64,000 bases of DNA, from positions 64,001 through 128,000 of the forward strand of contig CAWABA010000006.1 in assembly GCA_963780185.1 (NCBI GenBank). The letters are read 5' to 3'. Below are positions 31,902 to 41,819 of this stretch, one piece after another. The position numbers and the translations under genes were made by a program. Within the stretch, counting starts at the first letter, position 1, and each line of letters opens with the position of its first letter. This stretch comes from Candidatus Bathyarchaeota archaeon (GTDB taxonomy: Archaea; Thermoproteota; Bathyarchaeia; Bathyarchaeales; Bathycorpusculaceae). The notes under the pieces are model-generated. The model saw nothing but the letters and a program-made list of their open reading frames with translations. It did not search any database and was not told the origin of the DNA.

Positions 31902-32858
31902 ATGCATCCAATGAAGAACTGCGAAAAGGCTCAACACGTCTCCAAATGCCTGCAGCTGGCGGTTTTGCTTGAAGTTAGCGCCGAAAAACCAGGCAACGTC
32001 AACTTGGCATCAAGCTTTGAGGGGACCACTTGCCAGCACTTTTTGGCTTCAGCCGTTGCCGCTGGACCAAGCTTCCAAGAAGCCGCTTACCGCGGGTCAC
32101 AGGTGGCAGAAGGCAAACTGGGCGTCGGCGAGGTTGAATTGGGGCAACTTATAAAATTCTGCACCAAAGACGTCAGCGAATGGCAGAGGGGCGGAAACAC
32201 GATTCTCGGCACCATAATGCTGCTCGTGCCTATCGCCGTGGCGGCGGGAATGGCTCCGACGGAAAAGGATTTCACGCTGGATTTTTCTCTTCTGCGAAAG
32301 AACATCGATTTGGCAGTCAAAGCGACTACGGCTTGGGACTCAGTGCATCTTTACGAGGCAGTGGATATTGCCAGCCCAAGCGGCTTAAACAAGGCGCCCG
32401 ACCTCGACTTAAATGACCCGCAGTCAAAGGAACGCCTGCTAAAAGAAAACGTCAGCCTGTTCGAGGTTTTCCGTTTGGCGGCGGCTTACGACGACATATG
32501 CGCTGAATGGGTTAACAACTACCCCGTCACCTTCGACTTAGCCTACCCGTACCTGGCAAGGCAGTTGAAAAGCAAGCCGTTGAACACAGCGGTCGTTCAC
32601 ACTTTCTTAAAAATTCTCTCCGTTCGCCCCGACAGCTTCATTGCCCGTAAAATGGGGAAAGAAAAAGCGGCAGAAGTGTCAGCTGACGCAAGAGCCGTTT
32701 TAGAACTCGGCGGATTAGACACAGCAAAAGGCAAAGCAAGCCTCAAACGCTTCGACCGTAAACTGCGGTCAAACCAGAACAAATGCAATCCAGGAACCAC
32801 CGCGGATTTAACCGCCGCCGCCTTGGCGCTCTGCACTCTTAGCGGTTATCGACCGTAA
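31902..32858 (+). CDS. citG: CitG-family (triphosphoribosyl-dephospho-CoA synthase-like) protein
   Basis: LEVSAEKPGNV, NTILG, DSFIARK, NPGTTADL. Confidence 0.85.
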   Translation: MHPMKNCEKAQHVSKCLQLAVLLEVSAEKPGNVNLASSFEGTTCQHFLASAVAAGPSFQEAAYRGSQVAEGKLGVGEVELGQLIKFCTKDVSEWQRGGNTILGTIMLLVPIAVAAGMAPTEKDFTLDFSLLRKNIDLAVKATTAWDSVHLYEAVDIASPSGLNKAPDLDLNDPQSKERLLKENVSLFEVFRLAAAYDDICAEWVNNYPVTFDLAYPYLARQLKSKPLNTAVVHTFLKILSVRPDSFIARKMGKEKAAEVSADARAVLELGGLDTAKGKASLKRFDRKLRSNQNKCNPGTTADLTAAALALCTLSGYRP

Positions 32859-32936
32859 AACAGCCTTTGACCAGCTTTGGTTTGCTTTTGGATGTTTTGG
32901 GAAGGTTTTTTAAACGTCTCAGGTTAGTTAAAACCT

Positions 32937-33464
32937 ATGTATTTAGAAGCCTTCAAAAACATGCTTAAGAGCAGGAGGTTTTGGGTTTGGGGAATCGCTG
33001 GCGCAGTCATCTACTCCATTCCAGCTACGATACGAATCGCAACTGGCAGCCCGATTTTACCTGTATTGAGCTGGGTTGCGACTCCATGGATAGGCATGTA
33101 TGTTCCCGCGAATCTGGTTGAGAAAATCTTGGTTAACGCGTTTTTCCCCGGGGCTGCGGGAGCTATCGCGGGAGAAATCTTTTTTTCAAACGTCCGTTCC
33201 AAAATCCTTGCGGGACGGGAAAAGTATGTTGCCCGGCTCTGCGGGGCTTTGTTGGCGGTGACGGTTTGGTCGCTGATTCAGCTTTCAGGCGGCTGGCTCG
33301 ACATTGCGGGGTCATGGGGCGGCAACCTCTTCGAGTACCCCTCCGTGTTTCCACTTAACTTCCTGTTGGCATCGCTTTCAATCTTTACCCCAACCATAAT
33401 TTACTTCCTCAAAGACAAAGTTGGGTCCGCTTTTCACAGGCTGAAGCTTCGGGGGCAACGTTAA
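32937..33464 (+). CDS. Hypothetical membrane protein
   Basis: Four hydrophobic segments, co-oriented with citG and mch. Confidence 0.65.
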   Translation: MYLEAFKNMLKSRRFWVWGIAGAVIYSIPATIRIATGSPILPVLSWVATPWIGMYVPANLVEKILVNAFFPGAAGAIAGEIFFSNVRSKILAGREKYVARLCGALLAVTVWSLIQLSGGWLDIAGSWGGNLFEYPSVFPLNFLLASLSIFTPTIIYFLKDKVGSAFHRLKLRGQR

Positions 33465-33511
33465 GTTAATATCGAAAAAGAAACCAACAGTAGATTACTT
33501 GAGATGAAACT

Positions 33512-34471
33512 ATGGCGGCGTTAAGTGTTAACCAAATGGCTTGGAAAATAGCTCAAAAACTTATCGATAACCCAGAATTCTACGGGATAACTGTTTCAAA
33601 ATCAACGGCTGGAGCCACGATTATAGATGCAGGCGTAAACGCTTCAGGCGGCTTTCAAGCAGGCAAAAAACTAACCGAACTCTGCATGGGCGGCGCGGGA
33701 AAAGCCCAAATTGGCTTCAAAACCTACGGCAACATAACCTTCCCATCAATAACCGTCAGCATGGATCACCCAGCCATAGCGGCTTTGGGTTCGCAGTTTG
33801 CTGGTTGGCGCATAAAAGACGGTGACCAGATAGCCATTGGTTCGGGTCCAGTTCGCGCTTTGGCGTTGAAGCCTAAGGATGTTTACGAGGAAATAGGCTA
33901 CAAGGACCAAAGTGACAAAGCCGTTCTTACGTTGGAAAGCAACACTTTGCCATCTGACGCGCTTATTGAAAAAGTAACAACCGCCAGCAACGTTTCACCT
34001 GCGAATTTGATTGTCGTGGTTGCGCCGACGGCAAGCATCGCTGGTTTAACTCAGGTTGCGGGAAGAATCGTGGAAGTTGGCATCCACAAACTTCGAACCC
34101 TTGGCTTAAGCCCCAAAGTTATCCGTTACGCGCTGGGTTACGCGCCCATTCCGCCGCTTGGCAAAGACTTCGAAATAGCGATGGCACGGACAAACGACGC
34201 GATTCTTTACGGTGGAAACGTCTACTGCACGGTGGATTATGATGATGAAGCTGCTCTGCAGAAAATTGTGGAGCAGGCGCCGTCGATGGCTTCAAAGGAT
34301 TACGGAAAGCCGTTCTTGCAGATTTTCCGTGAAGCAGGGCGTGACTTCTACAAAATAGATCACGGCTTGTTTGCACCCGCAGTCATAACTATAAACAACG
34401 CGAAGACAGGCAACACCTTCAAAGCAGGACAAATCAACCCTAAGGTACTCTCAGAATCCTTAGGATTCTAA
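33512..34471 (+). CDS. mch: Methenyltetrahydromethanopterin cyclohydrolase
   Basis: LGSQFAGW, GSGPVRALA, GRIVEVGIHK, RTNDAILYGG, DFYKIDHGLFAPA. Confidence 0.95.
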   Translation: MAALSVNQMAWKIAQKLIDNPEFYGITVSKSTAGATIIDAGVNASGGFQAGKKLTELCMGGAGKAQIGFKTYGNITFPSITVSMDHPAIAALGSQFAGWRIKDGDQIAIGSGPVRALALKPKDVYEEIGYKDQSDKAVLTLESNTLPSDALIEKVTTASNVSPANLIVVVAPTASIAGLTQVAGRIVEVGIHKLRTLGLSPKVIRYALGYAPIPPLGKDFEIAMARTNDAILYGGNVYCTVDYDDEAALQKIVEQAPSMASKDYGKPFLQIFREAGRDFYKIDHGLFAPAVITINNAKTGNTFKAGQINPKVLSESLGF

Positions 34472-34482
34472 TTCCTGGTTTT

Positions 34483-35070
34483 TCATTTTAGATTGAATCT
34501 TGAAAGAACAGGCACTGCTATTGCAAATGCAACGGGTATAGTGTATAGTGCCACAGTGCCATTGAATAGCGCCCCGAGGGGGACGAAAGCCAAGGCTGCC
34601 GCCGGCTTATATGAAAAGCCGACAGGAGACGGTTGCTGGAGCGTGAAGTAGTTTACGACTGATGTTACGGCAATACGGGCAACGATTCCTAAGGCTGTTG
34701 CAGATATGCTTATCACTTTAGCGTGCCTCTTGAGGGCATCAGACAAGTTTTCTGTTTTGCATCCCCGAGTTACAATCAAGTAGGGGACATAGATGCCTAG
34801 CATCATTGAGAGGATTGCGATGAGATTGTAAACTGGGCCGAGTGGCGAGAATCCTCCGGTGAAATAAATTGTTAAAATGACCGTGTTTATGGCTGATATT
34901 ATTAAGCCAGCTATTAATCCGAGAGCTAAGAAAGCGACCACTATCGGTATTTCCCAGATTTGGTAGTAAAGGAATGGTGCGTAGGGTGCTGGAATTTTTG
35001 GTCCAGCCACATTTAGGGCCATTGTCAGCGCGACGAATATTATGATTAGGGCCAGTGTTTTGGTGTTCAT
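34483..35070 (-). CDS. ECF-type transporter S component
   Basis: MNTKTLA start, IPAPYAPFLYYQIWEIP and about 5-6 TM helices. Confidence 0.7.
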   Translation of the reverse strand: MNTKTLALIIIFVALTMALNVAGPKIPAPYAPFLYYQIWEIPIVVAFLALGLIAGLIISAINTVILTIYFTGGFSPLGPVYNLIAILSMMLGIYVPYLIVTRGCKTENLSDALKRHAKVISISATALGIVARIAVTSVVNYFTLQQPSPVGFSYKPAAALAFVPLGALFNGTVALYTIPVAFAIAVPVLSRFNLK

Positions 35071-35214
35071 TGTTGCTTGTCTCGTTTGATGGTTCATCCT
35101 TGGTTAGCTATTTAAGAGTAGCTACTCAAAATCACGTAGGTGAAATGGGGTGGAATCAGGGCTAAAATTGATAAATAAGCCCTCGATAACATAAAGGATA
35201 AGCAGTGAAAAGTA

Positions 35215-36468
35215 TTGACTGAAACCATCATCAAGTTCACTTCACCCAACGAAGTTAAACCTTGGCTTGAAGACAAAACAAACTCCATCCTCTCACCTGT
35301 ACATGCCCAAGCCAAAAAGCTAAGGGACGACATGAAGCTGGCAATCCAAGGCATCGACGACATGAGCAAAATGCTCCTGGATAACAGCACAAGAGAAATA
35401 GAAAAAAGAAACATGAAAGTTTACAATCGAGCCCGAGCGCTCAACAAGCTTGCGCATTTGTTTGTTGATAGGCTCAAAAAACTTGAAGCGCCAGAAGAAA
35501 TCTCTTTTGACACTTTAAGCAGGTACGCTGGGGAAATCCAAAAAATCTTCATCGTAACCGACATAGACATCAAAAATTGGTTCCCGAGAATCTCCCCGTT
35601 TTTCATAATGGACCGAAGAAGATTCCTTACCATTTACGAGAAAGCCAAACAAACCCACACATTCCTAAATGAATTCCTCACAAAAGAATACGTCAAAACA
35701 AAAACTCTGGAAGAAGCCTTCACTCTGCTGAACGAACTCCAAAACGTGCAGAATCAGCGGGGTACGATAGGTGAAGAGAAAAACCAAATTACCAATGAGC
35801 GTCTCCCCCTCGAGAAGGAAATCGCTGATTTGGAGCAGAAAATTGAAGAGTTGAAAACCAAAGGACCCATCGACAACTTAAACACAGTTAACAACGAAAT
35901 ATGCGGTTTAACCAACGAATTAAAAAACACACTTCGGCACCTACAGAAGCCATTCATAAAAATGCAGGCGTTAGCCACCTTCGGCGGGGGCGGAGGAATA
36001 ACTCCCGATGAACTGACCAGAATAAGCCTGTATTTGGAAAACCCCTTCGACGCCTTAGTAACGGAGCAGGACAACTACCCCGCGTTCAGAGAAATTTTGG
36101 AGAAACTGCAACGTTTTCTGGTAGAGGACAAGTTAAAGTTAAAAGACGAAAAGGCGCGGAAAGCTGAGCAGTCAATAAATGAGATTTTAAAGACCAACTC
36201 GCTTTGTCAAATTCAAGTTAGAAGCGTGGAGTTGGCGAAATCAAGAGACCAGCTGATGGCTTCCTCGGTGATGGATGAGACAAAACGCTGTCTCGCCGCA
36301 TATCAGCAGCAGCTTGAACAGCTTAAAGCTCGGAAAACAAGCGTCGAAACACATGAGGCTGTCAAGGAAAATGCATACAACGAAGCAGTTGACAAAATCA
36401 GCAACCTGAAGAGGACAATTGAGAAAAACATCCTCAGCTCAATAGACATAAAAGTCCAAATCCCCTAA
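35215..36468 (+). CDS. Hypothetical coiled-coil protein
   Basis: 417-aa K/E/L-rich helical ORF. Confidence 0.7.
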   Translation: MTETIIKFTSPNEVKPWLEDKTNSILSPVHAQAKKLRDDMKLAIQGIDDMSKMLLDNSTREIEKRNMKVYNRARALNKLAHLFVDRLKKLEAPEEISFDTLSRYAGEIQKIFIVTDIDIKNWFPRISPFFIMDRRRFLTIYEKAKQTHTFLNEFLTKEYVKTKTLEEAFTLLNELQNVQNQRGTIGEEKNQITNERLPLEKEIADLEQKIEELKTKGPIDNLNTVNNEICGLTNELKNTLRHLQKPFIKMQALATFGGGGGITPDELTRISLYLENPFDALVTEQDNYPAFREILEKLQRFLVEDKLKLKDEKARKAEQSINEILKTNSLCQIQVRSVELAKSRDQLMASSVMDETKRCLAAYQQQLEQLKARKTSVETHEAVKENAYNEAVDKISNLKRTIEKNILSSIDIKVQIP

Positions 36469-36486
36469 ATCGTCAGGTGTCTCCAT

Positions 36487-37407
36487 TTGGCTTTACATGC
36501 ATTAGTCAAAGAAGCCCAAAATATTCAAAGCGAAGCCCTCATCGAAACACTGGACAAAGCCACTTCCTTGCTGCAAAGCGAAAACGGGAAAATTGGAAAT
36601 CTAAAAATAACCAACCGACTTGTCACAGTAGAACCTCTCGGGGAAGCTTTAGTCATCGGCGATTTGCATGGAGACCTCGAAAGCCTTTCAGTGATACTTC
36701 AAGAAAGCCAGTTCCTACAAAAAATGCAGAAAACAACCGACGCAACAATGATTTTCCTCGGCGACTACGGCGACAGGGGAGATAAACCAGCCGAAATCTA
36801 CTATCTGATTCTTCAGCTGAAACTAAACTACCCAAAACAAGTGGTCCTGCTACGTGGAAACCACGAGGGACCAAAGAATTTAGAAGCTTCACCGCACGAT
36901 TTACCCGAGCGGCTCCAAGCCAAATTCGGCGAAGACTCTGAGCGAGTCTATGAAAAGATACGCACGTTGTGGGGTTGGCTCTACAACGGGGTGTTTGTTG
37001 ATGGACGTTTCTTGATGGTTCATGGCGGTGTCTCCCCGGAAATCAACAGTTTCCAAGATGTCGCGCAGGCCCAAGAGGGAAACAATGAGGGTTTGCTGGA
37101 GGATTTGTTGTGGAACGACCCCGCCGAGGGCATGCATGGAACTGCTTTGTCGCCGAGGGGCGCGGGAAAACTTTTCGGCAAAGATGTCTCTGAGCAGGTT
37201 CTCGGTAGATTGAACGCCCAGATTTTGATAAGAAGCCATGAGGCAAGTGACACGGGCTTCAAAATTGACCACGACGGCAAAGTCTTAACCCTGTTCTCAA
37301 GGAAAGGCGCTCCATACTTCAACAGGTACGGAGCATACTTGCAGGTGCCGCTGTCGCAGAAATTCGAGAACGCCAAGCAGCTTACTCCATTCATCCATAA
37401 GTTTTAG
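36487..37407 (+). CDS. PPP-family Ser/Thr protein phosphatase
   Basis: GDLHG, GDYGDRG, LRGNHE, VHGG, LLWNDP, SPRGAG, RSHE. Confidence 0.9.
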   Translation: MALHALVKEAQNIQSEALIETLDKATSLLQSENGKIGNLKITNRLVTVEPLGEALVIGDLHGDLESLSVILQESQFLQKMQKTTDATMIFLGDYGDRGDKPAEIYYLILQLKLNYPKQVVLLRGNHEGPKNLEASPHDLPERLQAKFGEDSERVYEKIRTLWGWLYNGVFVDGRFLMVHGGVSPEINSFQDVAQAQEGNNEGLLEDLLWNDPAEGMHGTALSPRGAGKLFGKDVSEQVLGRLNAQILIRSHEASDTGFKIDHDGKVLTLFSRKGAPYFNRYGAYLQVPLSQKFENAKQLTPFIHKF

Positions 37408-37522
37408 TTCAACGTGCTCTTTTGCGGCGTCAAAATGCTTAATTGTTTCACCGATAACTTAACTAAAATACAGCTAGTCGTTTCTTGTTGCAACGCTAAT
37501 TAGTTGCAAAATCAGAGTTAAG

Positions 37523-38554
37523 GTGACAGCAAGAGGTTTAGAAGTGCAAGACGAGAACGCCATCGAAACCATCAACTTGACAAAAACATTCAAGTCAACG
37601 ATTCCGAACGGAGGCGGCTTTTTGAGGCGTAAAACCGTCACCGTCGACGCCGTCGACCATATTAACCTCACTGTCAAGAAAGGCGAGCTTTTCGGGCTTC
37701 TCGGTCCCAACGGCGCGGGGAAAACCACGTTGGTTAAGATGCTTTGCACTCTTCTTCCGCCAGACGGAGGAACGGCGTTGATTAACGGCTTTGACATTGT
37801 CAAGCAGCAGATGCAGGTTAAACGTTCGCTTGGCACACTTTTCAGCGTCGGGGAACGTGGCTTCTTTTGGCGGCTTAACGGTTATCGGAACTTGGAGTTT
37901 TTCGCGGCAATCTATAATGTGCCGAGGCAGAAGAGGCGCGAACGGATACTTGAAGTGCTCAAACTCGTCGGCTTAGAAAACAACGCTTACATGCCTTTCC
38001 AGAAGTACTCCGGAGGCATGAAACGCAAGCTTGCATTAGCCCGAACGCTTCTGCCCGACCCCCCGATAATAATGCTTGACGAACCCACAACGGGTTTAGA
38101 CGCGATTTCTTCAAGAACCATCCGTGACTTCGTCCAGCAAACCGTAAAAGAAACTGGGAAAACCGTGCTTTACACAACCCACTACATTGAGGAAGCAGCG
38201 CAAATCTGCACAAAAATCGGCATCCTCAAACAGGGAAAAATCGTCGCTTTCGACAGCCCAGAGGCATTGAAAGCTAAAATAAAAAAAGACGAGCAAATAG
38301 AACTGGTGGTTGAAGGCATAGAGCAAGCTCAAATTGAGAAAATTCGGACGCTAGCAGGCGTGATAGAAGTCGTGGAGAAAAATGATTTGCCCCTGTTGGC
38401 TGGACAACGAGGACTGCATATTGAGCTTCAAACCGTTGACCAATTGCCGTTGGTTTTCGATTTCCTTTTTGAACAAAAAATCAAGCTGGTAAATTTCAAG
38501 CGGGAAGAGCCAACGTTGGAAGATGCGTTTATTGAGTTAACTGGGAGGGTGTAG
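37523..38554 (+). CDS. ABC-2 type transporter ATP-binding protein
   Basis: GPNGAGKTT, YSGGM, LDEPT, TTH. Confidence 0.95.
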   Translation: MTARGLEVQDENAIETINLTKTFKSTIPNGGGFLRRKTVTVDAVDHINLTVKKGELFGLLGPNGAGKTTLVKMLCTLLPPDGGTALINGFDIVKQQMQVKRSLGTLFSVGERGFFWRLNGYRNLEFFAAIYNVPRQKRRERILEVLKLVGLENNAYMPFQKYSGGMKRKLALARTLLPDPPIIMLDEPTTGLDAISSRTIRDFVQQTVKETGKTVLYTTHYIEEAAQICTKIGILKQGKIVAFDSPEALKAKIKKDEQIELVVEGIEQAQIEKIRTLAGVIEVVEKNDLPLLAGQRGLHIELQTVDQLPLVFDFLFEQKIKLVNFKREEPTLEDAFIELTGRV

Positions 38555-38560
38555 GCGGTC

Positions 38561-39358
38561 GTGGCTGTGCTGAATGAGCTTGAGAAAATTTGGTACTTTA
38601 TGAAGCGCGACATAGTTAGCTTCTCCACCTACAAAACAAACATTCTCATTCTGGTTTTTACTGCAATTTTCGGGGCATTATCCTTCGCTTATCTTGGACA
38701 AAGTTCAGTCAATCAAACTGTAACTCAATTATACCATACGAGCTACACAACTTACCTACTTATCGGATTAGCCTTTAACACTTACCTTGGACAAGCCTTG
38801 ACACTTGTGCAAAAAACCATTAACCCTTGGTCGCTTGAAGAAGTTTTGGTTTCGCCGACTAGCTTAACGACATTCATCATCGGCAGTTCTATTTGGGGCT
38901 TTGTCTGGAGTACGGGCATAGTAGCAATTTACCTTGTTATCGGTGTGTACTTTTTCGGAGTAACCCTCAGTGTAAACATTGCCGGGGCACTGATTGTTCT
39001 TGCCTTAGGCATTGGCACATTCATAGGCATTAGTATGATTGGCTCGGGAATACTAATTCTAACCAAGCAAGGCGACCCAGTGACAGCGCTAATGACCATA
39101 GCGATATCTCTTTTTGGGAATGTGTTTTTTCCGCCACAAATCCTGCCGGCTCCCTTGCGAATAATCGCCTACGTGACCCCACCATATTACTTCATGACAT
39201 GCATCAAGCAAATATTAACAGGCTCTACTATCGCCATGATTCTGCCTAACTTAGAGATTTTGGCGCTAATGTGTGCTATCATCGTGCCGTTGGGGTATGC
39301 AACTTACGCTTTGTGTCTTAGGGCAGCTAGGAAAAATGGAACCTTATCGTGGTTTTAG
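38561..39358 (+). CDS. ABC-2 type transporter permease
   Basis: Six TM helices, LEEVLVSP, FFPPQILP. Confidence 0.9.
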   Translation: MAVLNELEKIWYFMKRDIVSFSTYKTNILILVFTAIFGALSFAYLGQSSVNQTVTQLYHTSYTTYLLIGLAFNTYLGQALTLVQKTINPWSLEEVLVSPTSLTTFIIGSSIWGFVWSTGIVAIYLVIGVYFFGVTLSVNIAGALIVLALGIGTFIGISMIGSGILILTKQGDPVTALMTIAISLFGNVFFPPQILPAPLRIIAYVTPPYYFMTCIKQILTGSTIAMILPNLEILALMCAIIVPLGYATYALCLRAARKNGTLSWF

Positions 39359-39962
39359 GTTTCCGACTAAACATGCAGCATTAATTCCGAAGCTTTCTAT
39401 GTCAACCACTGAGAACGCATAGGATAAGAGAGACCTTCCACTTTTTCCATTGTAACGTTGGATAAAGCCCTCGCATTCACTTAATAATAATCAGCCCTAT
39501 CGACTTTCGGGTTACACATTTGGGATCGCGAAAAGATAGTTTTCGAAAATGCTAACTTGTTTGCAGAAAAAAGCGGTAAAAAGAGGCTCTTTGCCCATAA
39601 GATGAACAGGTTTCGATACCAGTTTCACTTAAGCCTATTTTCTCAACTCTCAGAACAGCCATTCTTCTTAGTCATAAACGGCATGATCAACTTTCAACTT
39701 TGCATTTTTGTTTGGAAAGGATAGTTTTTCAACAATCCGCGCATAAGCATTCGATCAGACTTAATAACGGAAGCATTTGTATGGCGTCCCCGCATAATGT
39801 ATTTAAAAAACTCGAAATTTCTATGGGCAAAACCACAGAAAAGCATAGCTGGCGATAAACCGTCGTTTAATTTATAAATTGTCTAGTTATTTGTTCTTTA
39901 AAGAAATTAGTGGCGAATATGGGTAATGCCGATAGGTATTGTCAGAAAAAGAAGAGTAAAAA

Positions 39963-40316
39963 ATGAGACAAAGCACATCTATTCAAAAAAGGTGTTCAAA
40001 AGAATTCTTGGATATGATTGTTATTTGCCTTCTTTCACATCGGTCGAGGACTGGTTATGCAATAAATAATCTTGTGATTAAGAAATTTAGAGTCATACCG
40101 AGCACTGGACAGGTATATAATACGTTAGTTTCTCTAGAGCGGGCAGGTTTGATAACCTGTGTTCGGGATAACCCTGGACGAGCTTATGAGCTAACGGTGA
40201 AGGGGAAAAAAATCATAGAAAACTTGCCAAACGTAGTAGAAGAAATCCACTCATTTACTAGACTGTTGTTACAGTCTCGGCACAAAAATTACGAAGTAGA
40301 GCAAACTCTAAGTTGA
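39963..40316 (+). CDS. PadR-family transcriptional regulator
   Basis: TGYAI, STGQVYNTLVSLERAGLI, YELTVKG. Confidence 0.8.
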   Translation: MRQSTSIQKRCSKEFLDMIVICLLSHRSRTGYAINNLVIKKFRVIPSTGQVYNTLVSLERAGLITCVRDNPGRAYELTVKGKKIIENLPNVVEEIHSFTRLLLQSRHKNYEVEQTLS

Positions 40317-40897
40317 ACGATGTTAGTCGGAACAATAGTTCTTCAATTATTCACTATTAGACGTATATCCATTACAAACTTGCGAGAGATTGGCTTTTGA
40401 CAATTTAATGTTACAATCAATGAAGCGGTCAGATCAAGAGAAAAGCATTAGAGCTAAAATCCAGAGACAAATAATTCATGCAAGCCACTCCACCATTGAA
40501 ATAATCTTCTGGCATTTTTTTAAAAAAGAAAGGATATCCTCGTTTAATTTAAGTTTCGCCTTTTCATCATGAAGAGTTATGCTTCAAGCCTTTAATTTTA
40601 TATTATTTTCGGTCTGCGACCTTTCTACAATTAGTGCTTTCTTGTGACTATATTTTCAAGTGGTCTCACCTTTACAACACCATTCCACAAACACTAATGA
40701 AAACTGATGAAATTGCAAGAAGAGATTTTTTCGGGAAAATGTGGTATAAACTCTACTGCTTAACATTTGGTTTCTCGTATTCTCGCAAAAACATTCACAA
40801 TTGGAATAGGAATACTATTGTGAGTATGAATTAGTAATAAAGCATATATGCGATCGCAGGACTCAGCTCATGAAAGAACCCTCGAAATCAAAAGGAG

Positions 40898-41599
40898 GTG
40901 AATAATTTGAATGAAACAGTTTTTAAAGTATCAAAGAAAAAGAAAATTATCATCATCCTGGCACTTTTCACAATAGCTATGACGGCAATGTTATTAATTT
41001 CTCCAGTTTTCGCAGCGACAACTTTTTACCCGCCTTATGCAGATACCCCATACTCATTCGTAAGTGGATCGGGAGGCGGGCAGCCCATTATTAAGACCGC
41101 AACTATTGCCAAGTCAGGTGTCGGATCTAGTGAACTTGAGGCGTGGGGCATTTACAGCTATCAATGCGGAGTCGAATGCGACGGCATGGGACCAACTGTA
41201 GCCACCTCACAAGCAGTGCAGTTAAGTGCAGGCACTCATACCTTTAGCGGAGTACTGCATCTTACAGGAAATATGATTTCCTTGGCCGCTAATCAGGGGA
41301 CGGAACTTGACCTCATGATTATCGTCCTGGAGGGTATTCCGATCGGCGGCAGTTTAGCATGGTCAATGGTAGCGAACCCAACGGTACGGACGTACTCAGT
41401 AACATCAGGTACTTTGACTTTTTATGGCTCAGACTCCATCGGCATTCAAGCAAGCTACGGCGTCTCATACGGTGGTGGAGCATATTGGGCTATGGGAATT
41501 GAAGTCTACAGTAAGATATGGGGCAATGACATTATGGGTGAGTTTGGTGCATCAGTTGATTTGACTCAAATAACTCTTTCGTCAATGACAATAACTTAG
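40898..41599 (+). CDS. Hypothetical secreted protein
   Basis: KKKK plus hydrophobic signal peptide ending VFA, S/T/G-rich body, GGAGGTG at the start. Confidence 0.65.
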   Translation: MNNLNETVFKVSKKKKIIIILALFTIAMTAMLLISPVFAATTFYPPYADTPYSFVSGSGGGQPIIKTATIAKSGVGSSELEAWGIYSYQCGVECDGMGPTVATSQAVQLSAGTHTFSGVLHLTGNMISLAANQGTELDLMIIVLEGIPIGGSLAWSMVANPTVRTYSVTSGTLTFYGSDSIGIQASYGVSYGGGAYWAMGIEVYSKIWGNDIMGEFGASVDLTQITLSSMTIT

Positions 41600-41819
41600 T
41601 GGCTGAAGGTGATACGCCGCAAACTTACTCACTATTGTGTATAGTGAAATCAATATCCTTCTTTTTTCACGCTTAGGTTAAGAAAACTTGTTTTTCTACC
41701 GTGTTTTTGTTGGGTGACAAAACAAAGTGAGGCTGCATTTGGTGCCTGAAAACAGCGAGGAAAAACGGAACCCTCTCATGGTTCTAAACTATTTTCGGTT
41801 TCTCTTTGCCTAACAGTGC

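Noticed and set aside
40390-40834. Two 60-66 aa ORFs between PadR and the secreted protein
   Set aside because: No motifs or ribosome-binding sites. They are consistent with chance ORFs in AT-rich DNA.
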